Part shown: positions 13,446 to 24,922 of the stretch, piece after piece | Layout of the letters: the number at the start of each line of letters is the position of its first letter | Position numbering within the stretch: position 1 is the first letter of the stretch | NCBI GenBank assembly: GCA_024137785.1 | Contig: JAHRHZ010000024.1 | Coordinates: 28,434,342 to 28,498,341, forward strand | Origin: Ginglymostoma cirratum | Lineage: Eukaryota | Direction: 5' to 3' | DNA length: 64,000 bases | Program-made: the position numbers and the translations under genes | The notes under the pieces: generated by a model | What the model saw: only the letters and a program-made list of their open reading frames with translations | The model's database searches: none | Told to the model about the DNA's origin: nothing

Positions 13446-14199
13446 TGTTTAAAGGCCTTCTGAACTTGATCTATTACACCGTCATTCCCCTGACAATCCC
13501 TTACCTCCTCAGATACCATATGCCACCTCATCACCCATCACCATTAAGCCAGTATCCACTATGCACAGTCTTCCGGACCAATGCAATAGCAAAAGGAATT
13601 AATTCAAATAAATTTAAAACATAACCTGTGATAATATATTTGGATTATAATAATATATAATATAGAAAAACGCTCATTCAAACATTTGTCATGGATAGTG
13701 TTTTAAAGCTGTTCCCCAGCATAAAAGTCCAATAAGATATGTAAATAAATAGGCATGTATATTAAAAACACATCAAAGGTTGAATATGTTATTATAGCCT
13801 CAAAAAGTTTTTAGTCATTCTCTGAACATCTGTGTCAACACAATTCAATGTGCTCATCAGACATTTGCACTCAAGCAAACATTCATAATGGACAGAACTA
13901 TCAAAATATTGTTGCAATGCCAAAAGCTTGAAATTAAAAGAATAGTTGTCCTCACCATTTCAAAGTACATTTTCCTATCAATCATTGGAGGCAAGAAAGT
14001 GCTCCAGTTTATCCTATATCATTCAAAAGTTGCCAGGACATGTTAAATCTCAATGCCAATCTTAACAAGGAATGTTTACCTACAGATTTCTTAAACATTT
14101 TTAAATGCATTATGGCAATATTTCAATGGAAAAGGTTCTGTAACGCATTTTAGTAGAATAGGAATTCTACAAATAGAAACTATGCAGCCTATTTGAATT

Positions 14200-14530
14200 C
14201 AGTGTGAGTGATAACTCAATTGGTAGAACTTCTACCTCTGAGCCAGAACATTGTGAGTTCAAGATACACTCCAGATAATCAAACATAAAAATCTGGACTA
14301 ACCATCATTTAGACATTATTCTAATCGAAGCTACCATCTGCTTTCTCAGGTAAATACAAAAATTCTACAACACTTACACAAAAAAGCAAGGGAGTTGTCC
14401 CTGCTGTCCTAGTCAATCTTGCCTTTCAATCAACATCATAAAACAGAGATCTGTTACAATCTTTGTTTGTAGAAACTTTCTGTGCACAAATTGACTGCTG
14501 CACTTCCTAAATTGGATCAGTAACTGTTGT
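14200..14530 (+). mobile_element. Deu-domain SINE (SacSINE1/AmnSINE-like), degraded
   Basis: tRNA-like head (CTCAATTGGTAG...GAGTTCAAG), then CTCAGGTAAATACAAAAATTC, GGGAGTTGTCCCTGCTGTCCT and TGTGCACAAATTGACTGCTGC motifs. Confidence 0.6.
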
Positions 14531-14684
14531 AATTTGTGTTGGGGTGTACTAACATTTCAAAAATCACCCATCTAACCTATTATTTTCCACAGTCACAACA
14601 AAAAAATGATTCTAGAAGACTGGAGATTAAAATCTTCTGAATGAGTGATAACTAGAAGTGAATTGTTTATATGGAAGAGATCAC

Positions 14685-14950
14685 TGAATTTTTTTTGTTC
14701 ACCCACCCTTAATTGCCCCCAGACTGATTCATATATTGGTCATTTCAGAGGACACCGAAGAGTTAACAGCATTGCAGCTGCGTCTGAACACACATGTAGA
14801 CGTGACCAGGTAAGTAGGACAGATTTCCTCATTGAACAGTTGATGATAGTTGCATGGTCATTACTCAGACTGGTTTTAATTCCAGATTTTATGTATTGTC
14901 TTTAAATTCCACCAACAGCTGTGGCTGCCCTCAGATTATTGACCTGGAGT
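14685..14950 (-). mobile_element. tRNA-derived SINE (family also at 17.9, 28.6, 32.6 and 36.1 kb)
   Basis: Degraded reverse-complement match to the 36110-36457 copy (GACCAGGTAAG, TTAATTCCAGATTTT). Confidence 0.65.
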
Positions 14951-15927
14951 TGAATTGAAAATTGCACTGTGAATTTTGTCCATTTGAGATTACCATAACA
15001 TAAATCCCAGCAGTGGAATTTTCCAGGAAGAGAATAGTAAATTTTAAAGAATCCACATTTAACAGCTTATCCAGTTCTAATTCTAAATGTTTCTGGCGGA
15101 ATATATCATAGTTTCTGTCATAAGAAACTCCCAGCTGATAAGATAACGAAACAGATGGATTGAAAAAATTACAAGAAATTTGCTGGGACGCAACAGCATA
15201 ATGGATTTTTCACTAAAATCCAGAGGCTTGAGTGTGGGATGTGGAGATATTTTAGATTACATTTTCTTGTCAGCAGGTAATTCATATTTATAAATTGGTC
15301 AAGAAACAGAGGCATCTCTAAGTTATTTACTAACAGTAGGGATTTGCTACTTTCATAAAATCGGTGTCTTAATTTTTTGAAAGGGAGTTAATTCATGGCA
15401 GGGAGAACTAAGGTCTCCTTGTAAGGGCCTGAAGGCAGCTTATTTTGCTCCCCTGATCACAGATAGAGAGGCATAGCTGTTTGTTCCTCTTTGGGGCTTC
15501 ACTGTTCTACCTTGTGTCTTCACTTGATGGGAAAACTAACAGCCACCATTTAAAATTGTAGTCAGGTCCCAGGGATTTAGGGGAGCAACTTGGAGGATTT
15601 TGACTGCTTAACCAGTCAGTTTCAACAATCCTCAACGTCTAAGATGTGATAGAAAAAAGGGGAAGTAACTGGACTGTGGAGGTGAGGTGAATTAAGAGGA
15701 TGCGACAGTTGGCAGTGTTTGAAGTATCTATAAAGTTGAGAAAGTCAAGGTAAGGGAATGGTCACAGTTGTACGTGATGCCATAAAAATGTGTATGAAAG
15801 ACCAACTGGGAGATTAAAGGAGAAAGAAAGCAGAAAATTTTATTTTTGTCAAAAAAGAACAGAATGTGTAATTATTAGTGGCATATAAAAATGACAATCA
15901 AAAAGACAGACCACGTAAGAAGCATGA

Positions 15928-16030
15928 ACAAATACAAAGTTGCTGGAAAAGCTCAGCAGGTCTGGCAGCATCTGGCAGTGGAGGAGAAAACAAAGTTAAC
16001 GTTTCGGGTCTGGTGACCCTTCCTCAGAAA
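15928..16030 (-). mobile_element. Short Penelope-like tail with intact hammerhead-like core
   Basis: Minus 16027-16001 reads CTGAGGA-A-GGGTC-ACCA-GACCC-GAAAC, followed by GTTAAC. Confidence 0.8.
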
Positions 16031-17331
16031 AACAGATATGGATAATATGATCTACCATGGAGAGTGACTTAGGAAATAAACTTAGCAGCTTTGAGGGAGT
16101 TAAATGCTTGATCCCTTGCTGGGAAGTAATTCAAAGAGTCTAGAATGAACAAGCAGATACATAGGAGGAAAAAAAATGAGCATTTAAACAGAATTTATCT
16201 AGTCAAGTGAAAATGATCTATTTGAGATCTTTCAGGCAAAAAAAGCCTCATCAGGAAACAAGGCCAAGGATATTGCCATATATGCAGGTAAACAGGTACA
16301 GGGAGTAGAGTGGTGTTGAAGGTGAGGTTGGAAGAGGAGACACTGGAGGGAAGCTGAGTTGAGTTGTGCATTGATGTTGTCAATCAGTCTTTCATGCAAA
16401 ATCTGCTGAGAGCAAAAGGATTTGTTGTGAAAGTACAACTAAGCTTTCTTTATTACCTTAAATTGGGAACCCTAACCCTGTGTAGATCAGCCTGTAACAG
16501 CAGTTCTCCTCCTCACTCCCACTCACCCCTCCCCAATTTCCTGTAATAAATTTTCACGTGGAATGAAAATCAGAGATTTAGTTTTAGAATATAATGTATG
16601 TTGATGCTGATTCAAAGACGTGCAATTTCTTAGATGAAAACTCTCACAGAAATTATTCTTAAATATATGCTTCTACACTGATGGGGATTTTTGCCAAACT
16701 ATGGCAGCATACCCACAAACTGACCAAATAATCTGTATGTCATTTGTGCACTTATTTCAGTTAAATGACACAGTAATTACCTTTTCGTTATATAAAGAGA
16801 CTCCTTTCTCACAAATCGAGAATTATTTCTTTCTCTGTCAAAATTAGCCACACCACCTGAGGCCATAGTACTCTCTGTTTTACATTATCCTTACTGCTTT
16901 CCTGTTTCAGGAGGTAAAAAGTCTTTTACCTGGGAAGTGAGATTGATTTTTTTTTAACAATGCCTTCAAGAATTGACTCCAGTTACTCTCGTTTGCTTAC
17001 TTGACCTTCTGAAAGTCTTTATTTGAGAATAATAAAATGCAGTTGTCAAGAACAAATAGCACAGCTCTTTGCACAGAAATCTATCGAACAATCCATCTTC
17101 ATTTCCAGGATTAGTCTTGGCGTGGGAGCTACAGTGAACTCTGGCTTCCAATCACACAACAGCGTTCAGAACGACTTGTGTCACCCTGTTGAGCTTTTCC
17201 AGCAAATTTGTTTTTGTTCCTGATTTACAGCATCCGCAGTTCTTTTGGTTTTCACATAAGAAGCATTGGGAGGGAAAGAGAGACAGGAAGAATTAGAGTG
17301 AAAGACCCACAGCTAAAACAATAAACTACAC

Positions 17332-17487
17332 TAGAAACAAAAATAGAAATTGCTGGAAAAGCTGAGCAGGTCTGGCAACATCCATGGAGACAAATCAGAG
17401 TTAATGTTTTAGGTCCAGTCACCCTTCCTCAGAACCTGCTGTACCTTTTGTTTCTGTTTTACAACATCCGCAGTTCTTTCGGTTTTT
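17332..17487. mobile_element. Short Penelope-like insertion with inverted tail pieces and 12-bp TSD
   Basis: AATAAACTACAC at 17320-17331 and 17488-17499. Decayed hammerhead-like core at ~17406-17432. Confidence 0.8.
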
Positions 17488-17646
17488 AATAAACTACACC
17501 ATTTTTTCCCCAAGCAACATCACATCAGATTAACCAGCATACAATCAATTATATACAGAAGGTGAGGCAAAAATCCTGACTTTTATCTTCTAGCTTTGTC
17601 ATTTCTGTTAAAAATGTTTCATGATATTTGGTCTGTGCTTTCATAC

Positions 17647-17820
17647 CTCTTCTGAGCAATATTTTCAATTTCTGATATGCCTGAAACCCTGATGGTGTTA
17701 TTAACACCAGCTTCTGATTGCTGCATATAATGTTCAGCTTGAGTGAAAAGGCTGTTCATGTGGATGATTATGTTGGTTGTGCGTTGTGTCACATCAGGCA
17801 CATTTCCTAAGCTTCACACA
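17647..17820 (-). pseudogene. Candidate exon (174 nt) of decayed minus-strand gene
   Basis: Acceptor CATTTCCTTTGCTGACACTTTCAG|, donor GAG|GTATGA. Phase 2-2 frame V*SLGNVPDVTQRTTNIIIHMNSLFTQAEHYMQQSEAGVNNTIRVSGISEIENIAQK has one TGA. Confidence 0.45.
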
Positions 17821-17914
17821 CTGAAAGTGTCAGCAAAGGAAATGCAGTGCATGTGTTGAACTGCACTGTATCATGGGTTCTAGTTCAAAAGTTAAAATCA
17901 CAAAGAAGTGATTG

Positions 17915-18345
17915 ATTAGTTGTATCATTGTTAGACTATTAATACAGAGACCCAGGTAATTTTCTGAGGGTCAGGACGCAAGTTTCACCACTGACATTTG
18001 AAATCAATATAATATCTGGAATTAAAAGTTTAATGAGGACCATGAAATGATTACTAACTGTTGGGGGTAAAAAACAGGTTCACTAATCTTTAAGGAAGGA
18101 AACTGCTAACCGCATCTGGCCTTCATGTGACTCCAAACCCACAGTAATGTCCTTATGAAGAGTCACCGGACTCAAAATGTTAAATCTGCCTTCTCTCCAC
18201 AGATACTGCCAGTCTTGCTGAGTTTCTCCTGCAATTTCTATTTTTGCTACAGTAATGTGGGTGACTGTTAACTGCCCTTTAGGCATTTGGGGGAATAAAT
18301 GGACAATAATTGTTGGCTTAGCCAATTACATCCCTGTCCTGTGAA
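17915..18345 (+). mobile_element. tRNA-derived SINE interrupted by a 98-bp Penelope-like tail (18151-18248)
   Basis: Matches 36110-36457. The insert is flanked by ACAGTAATGT at 18141-18150 and 18249-18258. Confidence 0.8.
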
Positions 18346-19689
18346 TTAACTTTTTTAAAATTTTCTATTAATTTAAAATCTTATATATGTTGCTATGTTA
18401 ACCGTTAACTTTGTTTCACTTACTTCTTGATTAAAGAGAAATTCCAGTCATCAAAAAATCATTCTTCCAAGATAGTGTCTATTTAGCAAGTGATTGTATA
18501 AAAAATGAATGGTATTACACATACAGAAAATTAGCAGCTCAGAAATATGGCAGGCAATGCAAAAATTTAATTGGAAATTGTTTTTACATTAGCAAATACA
18601 AAGGATACATCTGAATCAAATGATATCTTCACAAATAATGTCAATTGAGTAATTTAAGACACACACAATAGAGTTACTTCATATGCAGAGACATTTGTTA
18701 TGTCATGGTGCTGCTTGTGACATACGTTTATTTTCATTTCTTCCTATGTTTATAACAGAGAAATGATAACTTGGATGAACTGTTTGTAATTTCTGTCCTG
18801 GAGAAATTTAGAAAATAATTGGCATACATTTGTCACTACAACATTACGCTTGACTGAATTTAATTTTCATTTCTTCATATATTTCAACGCTTTCAGAGAT
18901 ATGCAATGACTCAAAACATCTGAGGCTGTAAATTGGGTGTATTGCTTCAGTTTTATTCAGTCGTAACATGGGTAGACGTCAAACCAATTTAGCAGCCAAT
19001 TCCACTGCTAAATTTATGGAATGTATTTTATTCATTTCTCAAGCAGACAGACATTGTGTCTGTAAAATATGTAAAGTAGGGAATGATACCAGTCAAGTAA
19101 CCCCTTTCAAAATTCCTCAAGGAATAGTGGGATGGGCACTGATCTTTAAGCCACCAACTACAAGTAAGTGTTAAAAAGCTATTTTTTTTACGTTTTAAAA
19201 GTGTACCTTACTGTAGACCCATAAGGAGCAGGATCACTCATCGAATTCCAAATAAGTCATAGTTCGTCCTCTTAGAACTTAGTGGAAGGCAGTTACCAAC
19301 CAAGGAGTTGACCTGACATTGATATCTTCATTTGGGTGGCCAGCAGTGCTAACTATAATGAGGAGGCCCAAGAACTAGGTTGGGCCAATCTTTCAGTATT
19401 TCAGTTGAGGTACACCATGCCAGAGGTCACCATTGCTTGGAGGAAGGGAGTGGACGTGTGTGGCAGGGGTTTGGCAACAATCTGGAGCAGTTGGGAAAGA
19501 ATGTAGCCCAGAGATCTTAAAGAATTTAAAGACAGATCCTCATTTATATACAAATGGTCTCCATTTCCGAGCTGACAGCCCACCAAGTTGAGAGTTTGGT
19601 TAGGCGTCATTTGTGAATGGCTCAGGGAGGAGACATATTGAGGACACTCAGAAAGGTCAAGAGTGCTGGCGGCATGCAGTGAGACCAGC

Positions 19690-19693
<4 letters not shown>

Positions 19694-19734
<41 letters not shown>

Positions 19735-19742
19735 GTGTGTGT
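19694..19742. repeat. (GT)n microsatellite
   Basis: Direct read. Confidence 0.99.
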
Positions 19743-20229
19743 AGAGTGGAGATGGAAAGCACTCCTGCAATGTTAGAGCATTTACTCTGTGGTGATGCAT
19801 TCAGTTCACAGGAGCTGCAATTTATTTAATAAATTTAGCGGCAAAATACTTTATGGATAAGACATGGAATGGAATCTTATATACAGCAAAGACACAAATT
19901 AAGTAATCATGTAAGGAATATAAACCTGTGCCAAACTTGGCAATGGAAAAGATTTAAAACCTTTTAAAAATATTTTTAAATCAAGCTTTCAGAAGTATCC
20001 AGTCCTGTTTGTGTCAGGTTTTCTGGGTGGGTTCTTTTTCTACGAGACCTACCAAACTCATCACATTAACTATCTACCCCTCTCTAGTGGATCCGCTCAT
20101 TCATAATTTTATCCCTATCTTATGACACACCATTCCCAGAATCCAGATGCTCTGGTGTTTTTTCTTGGCCTGGGTCCTCGGCTCTGAACATAACCCCATC
20201 CTTGACCTGGGAAGAGGACTCCCTGGAGC

Positions 20230-20690
20230 ATCTGGCCCTAGTTATTGTGCCCTGTCCCAGGCCCAGCCTACCATACATATGCTTACATGATAGATGACAA
20301 ATATGCAAACCAGCAAGGCCAACAACTTCATTACGTTCTCAAAAATGCTATAACCAGGCCTCTGGAGCAGTTAATGTCATGGTCATAGAGTGGTCAAGGT
20401 GTAATTGACTAAACAAATATGATCATTGGTGCTCCCTGGAACAGCCAGCTACATTTTTACATTAAAAATAGTTTAAATCTTTTTTTAGTGACTCCCTTAA
20501 CAATGGGAATTGCAAAAGATATAAGAGTTGCAAATAAAGGACCTCAAGGACCTGCAAACTTCTTCAGATGAGGATGAAAGGGAGGAATATGTGTGGGAGG
20601 ACAGAGATCTCACAACATCTCACACAGGTGCCATTGCTATGGAGGTGAGTACCACACAGGACAATTCCTTCTTCAATTATTTTGGCTATG
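20230..20690 (+). mobile_element. PIF/Harbinger transposase C-terminal remnant
   Basis: QKCYNQASGAVNVMVIE (RYN.AH..TR..IE motif), a frameshifted LHN-like segment, then the acidic tail SSDEDEREE. Confidence 0.5.
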
Positions 20691-20844
20691 AGTTGATGCA
20701 CCATTTGACCATCATTCCTCACCTACAAGTCTTTGCCTGTTCTAAAGGTGTTTCCTCATTTGCCAGCTTCCATTTGGAGCTACCATATTACACACATCCT
20801 ATCCACAGTCAAATGGAGTGGACCATTCCCAATGGAGATGAAAT

Positions 20845-21325
20845 GTGATTTTTGATATTGAGGGAGTCCAGCGAAGGTTCACCAGATTGATTCCTGGGAT
20901 GGCAGGACTGATATATGAAGAAAGACTGGATCTACTGGGCTTTTACTTGTTGGAATTTAGAAGAATGAGGAGCCATCTCATTGCAACATATAAAATCCTG
21001 GTGGGACTGGACAGGCTAGATGTGGGAAGAATGTTACTAATGTTGGGGAAGTCTTGAACTAGGGGACCACAGTCTAAGAATAAGGCCATTCAAGACTGAG
21101 ATGAGGAAGAATTTCTTCACTCAGACAGTTGTGAACTTGTGGAATTCTTTCCCACAGAAAGCTGTTGAGGGAGCTGGATGTGGCCGTTGCGGCTAAAAGG
21201 ATCAAGGGGTATGGAGAGAAAGCTGGAAAGGGATATTGAAATTGTATGATCAGCCATGATGATATTGAATGGTAGTGCAGGCTCCAAGGGCCAGATAGCC
21301 TATTCCTGCACCTATTTTCTATGTG
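20845..21325 (+). mobile_element. CR1 LINE 3' fragment
   Basis: IEGVQRRFTRLIPGMAGLIYEERL, followed by 3' UTR. Confidence 0.92.
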
Positions 21326-22340
21326 ATGACTGCCCTCTTCTCTTCCCCCACAAGAATACATGATTTTCATTGACATTTCAATCAATGGAGCTATCCTGAG
21401 CTTCCTATCCATATTGCAAAGTCATGATGGCATGAAGTAACAGACCTATATCTCACACTCATCAGTGATCTTGGCCAAACCCCTTGACACACCATTTGTG
21501 GGAGGTCCAGCAGGTGCTGCATGTTTAGCAACGTTGCATTGCCTTAGGTCTACACATCGTGCCACAACATCTACCATCCAATAAAGACTGACCTTTAAAA
21601 CACTGCCACATTGCTGCCCATACACTGTCCAAGTGAGATATCCCACATTCCACTATAGTCAGTGACAAGTGCCAAACACAACCATGAAGGGTGAAAGAGG
21701 ACTCCTAATAAAATGCACATCATGCACACGATAATCAAGTGACCAAAATATATTATGATATGTACACTTCATACAACAGTACCACAGGCTTCATTCCACT
21801 CAATTCTTCTTACTCTTTCTGTTATGACTACCACACCTTGGTATGAGACTGATATCAGCAGCTGATGAGGAGGCAGCCCATTGAAGATGATGCCCCACTG
21901 GATAAAGTGACCTGGAGGCTCTTGAAGGCCCTGATCTCCTTGGGAACTCCTGCATGTGTGAAGAGGAACCCTCCTCAATCTCACATACAGGAGGGCCTTC
22001 AGGTCACTGTCATGGCCATGGTAGCAAAAAACATAGGTCGGTGGAACGGGGTCATCAACGTCAAACAGGAAAGCCTCAGAAGGAGAGAGGAGGTAGTCAA
22101 TTTAAAAGAATAGGAGGTATGTTTTCCATCAGGGAAGTCCCTTCCTGTGACCAGGTCCCTCCATTGGATACAGAGTCCAAGTGACAGAGATATCCCTACT
22201 AGGTAGCTGAAAGGCCTGCCAGGATCTCGCCGGTGGCTTGCTTGCATCACTTTCCCATAACTAGCCGGTAATCAGCCATTTAAAAAGCCTGTGTTCCAAG
22301 AAAGGTGGGAAAGAATTTATCCTTCCACCTATAGACTTAC

Positions 22341-22366
22341 CTGAGGTAAATTGTCTCTGCGGTTAG
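22341..22366 (-). other. Candidate 26-nt microexon
   Basis: TTTTTTTCTCACTTTTCTGTCTCGCTCTTGTTACTTCAG|CTAACCGCAGAGACAATTTACCTCAG|GTAAGT: long polypyrimidine tract and consensus donor. Confidence 0.55.
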
Positions 22367-23309
22367 CTGAAGTAACAAGAGCGAGACAGAAAAGTGAGAA
22401 AAAAATGTGATCGAAAATTTGGTAAATCTCCAAGTTTACAGCATGCTGCAATAAAATTGAACCATTCAAATTATTCTGTTTCTGGGCCATTGAGATTGAC
22501 TGGCATTGCATGAATAAATGGCACCATGTTAAAGAAAGTACTTAGTCTCTCAATTATCAAACTTGTTGAGGCTCTAGTGAGCTTCTAATGAGCAAATCTA
22601 GTCAGTTCTTCACATGATAACAGGGACGCAAAGGGTAGTTGCTCTCCAAGTAAAACAAATGATGGTCCAATTCAAAGAAAAGAACAATCCCAGAGATTTG
22701 CATTGTGTAGTGTTTTCATGCCATTATTAATACATTGCCATCCAGCTTAATATTTCCAGCTGGACCAGGGCGAGCTGAGCTGACTCTAAAACATCACTTT
22801 TCAAGTATGCTGACTAAGTCACAAGACGAATCATTTTTTAAACAACACAAAATAAATGATAACTGTAAGCACAAGGATATTTACAGAAACAAGCAATATC
22901 AGGAGATGATTCCCTCCACATTTCCATCTTAATAATACAACAAGTGAAATACCTGCAATAGTTTAATGCAAAAGATCATCAAACTTATTGCGTTGAAGAA
23001 ATGCAAAAGTAATGAAAAATGAAAGAATTGACTCTGAACACATCAGCCAGTCAGACATATTTAGTTTGCTACAGTTAGTAGTGCTTAATGTCAATGTTTT
23101 ACATCTATTTATCTGTAGTTATAGTCTATTACTTAGAATAAATGATAAGTTTTGTTTATTACAGAAAGCTGGTCCGTGCTTTCTATCAATGTTGGTCTAA
23201 AAGTCAAATAAATTGGGGTACCGAGAGTGCCATAAAATATCTTTGTCATATGGTACGATTCCAGGAATAGCAGGGCTCAATTTACAGTGTGCTACCTCAG
23301 TAGGTCTTA

Positions 23310-23740
23310 ACAATACCCAAGAATCTTAATATCATCCAGGACAAAGCAGCCTGCTTGATTGGCACCACATCCACAAACATTCATTCAGCTCCACTACTGA
23401 TGGTCAGTAGCATAAGGTGCATTATAATGATTCACTATGGCTCCATGACAGCACCTTCCAAACCCGTGACCTCTATTATCTAGAAGGACAAGGGTAGCAG
23501 ATACATACACCACCTGCAAAACTACACACCATCCTGACTGGGAAGTATATCACTGTTCCTCCAGTGTTGACGGGTGAAAAGCCAGGAACTCCATCCCTAA
23601 TGGCATTATGGGTCTACCAACAGCACATGGACTGTAGCGGTTGAAGAGCGCAGCTCAATGCCACCTTCTCAAGTGCAACCAGAGGTGGACAATAAATGCT
23701 GACCTAGCTAGCATCACCCACATCCCAACAATAAATTAGA
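23310..23740 (+). mobile_element. LINE 3' end, CR1/L2 supergroup (family distinct from HER1)
   Basis: LNIIQDKAACLIGTTSTNIH-like C-terminus. The tail AATAAATGCTGACCTAGC is shared with the tRNA-SINE family. Confidence 0.75.
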
Positions 23741-24249
23741 AAACTGATTGTATATCTGCTTCTGAGCCAGAGGTCTGGGATCAAATCTCTCTTCAGGGCT
23801 TTATTACTAATCTAGTTGCATTCATAATGTGGCCAAACAGCCATTGATTATAAACCCATAAATCTTTCCAATGGGAGTGTGAAATATTTCTGGTCAGCCG
23901 TACTGTAGTTTAAGGCAACGCCAAACCAGTGCAATACTTCAGCAAGTGTAATGTTAGACTAGTCCAATAGGAGACCACGGTCACAAATGCTCCCTTCAGG
24001 CTTAATACCTGATAACAGGGAGTTTTAATTTCAGCGAAAGGTATATTAATTAAGGAAACAGAGCAATTGAGCTGGTCGTAGTGACTTAACTTCAGTGCAG
24101 GTAAAGTTGCTAGGAGCCAAATTTGATGCATGAGTGACTAGGCCATCAAAACTCCATGACTTTTGAAAGTGTGATGAGTCAATGATGCACCAGTGGGCGC
24201 GGGATTCGTTTTTTGTCCCACCTCAGATCTGCACAAAAATATAAAACTT

Positions 24250-24922
24250 TGCAGATCATACAATTTAAAAGTAGGAGGATAGTGATAGACCTCAATAGCA
24301 GATAACCGGGCTGGTGAAATGGGCAGACATATGCCAGGTGTCATTTAATACAGAGAAGCGTGAAGTCATACACTTTGTTTGGAATATCGGGGAAAGGTGA
24401 TAAAGATTAGAGGACAGAATTCTAAAGAGGGTGCTAGAAAAGAGATACGTAGAGAATTGTACGCAAATCGTTGAAGGCTGCAGGGCAGGGTGAAAAAGTA
24501 ATTTAAAAAGCATACAGGATACTGAGCTTTACAAACAGAAGCACAGAATACAAATACAGGGAAGTTATGAACTTTTATAAGCCATTGGCTTGGTCGCAAC
24601 TCGTACTTTTATCCAATTCTGGCACTGTCTTTTCAGAAGCATGTGAAGGTACTATGAAAGGTAAAGAAAAGATTGTGAGAATCCTTCCAGGGATGAAGGA
24701 CTTCAGTTACATGAATAAACTGCAAAAGGTAGTTGTTCTTCACAGAGGTAAAATAGTAAAAAGGAGATTTCATGGAGGAGTTCAAGATCATATGGCATCT
24801 AGACCGTGTAGGGAGGGGGAGAAAACATTCCCATTAATGGCAGGTTCGAGAGCCAACAGATGTGGATTTAAGGGGTTTGATGAAAGAAGCAATGGGTCAA
24901 GAGAAAATTACATTTGATACAT
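24250..24922 (+). mobile_element. Old CR1 fragment; resumes after 28488
   Basis: Decayed KWADICQVSFNTEKREV, YKPLAWSQL, RILPGMKDFSY motifs. Confidence 0.8.
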
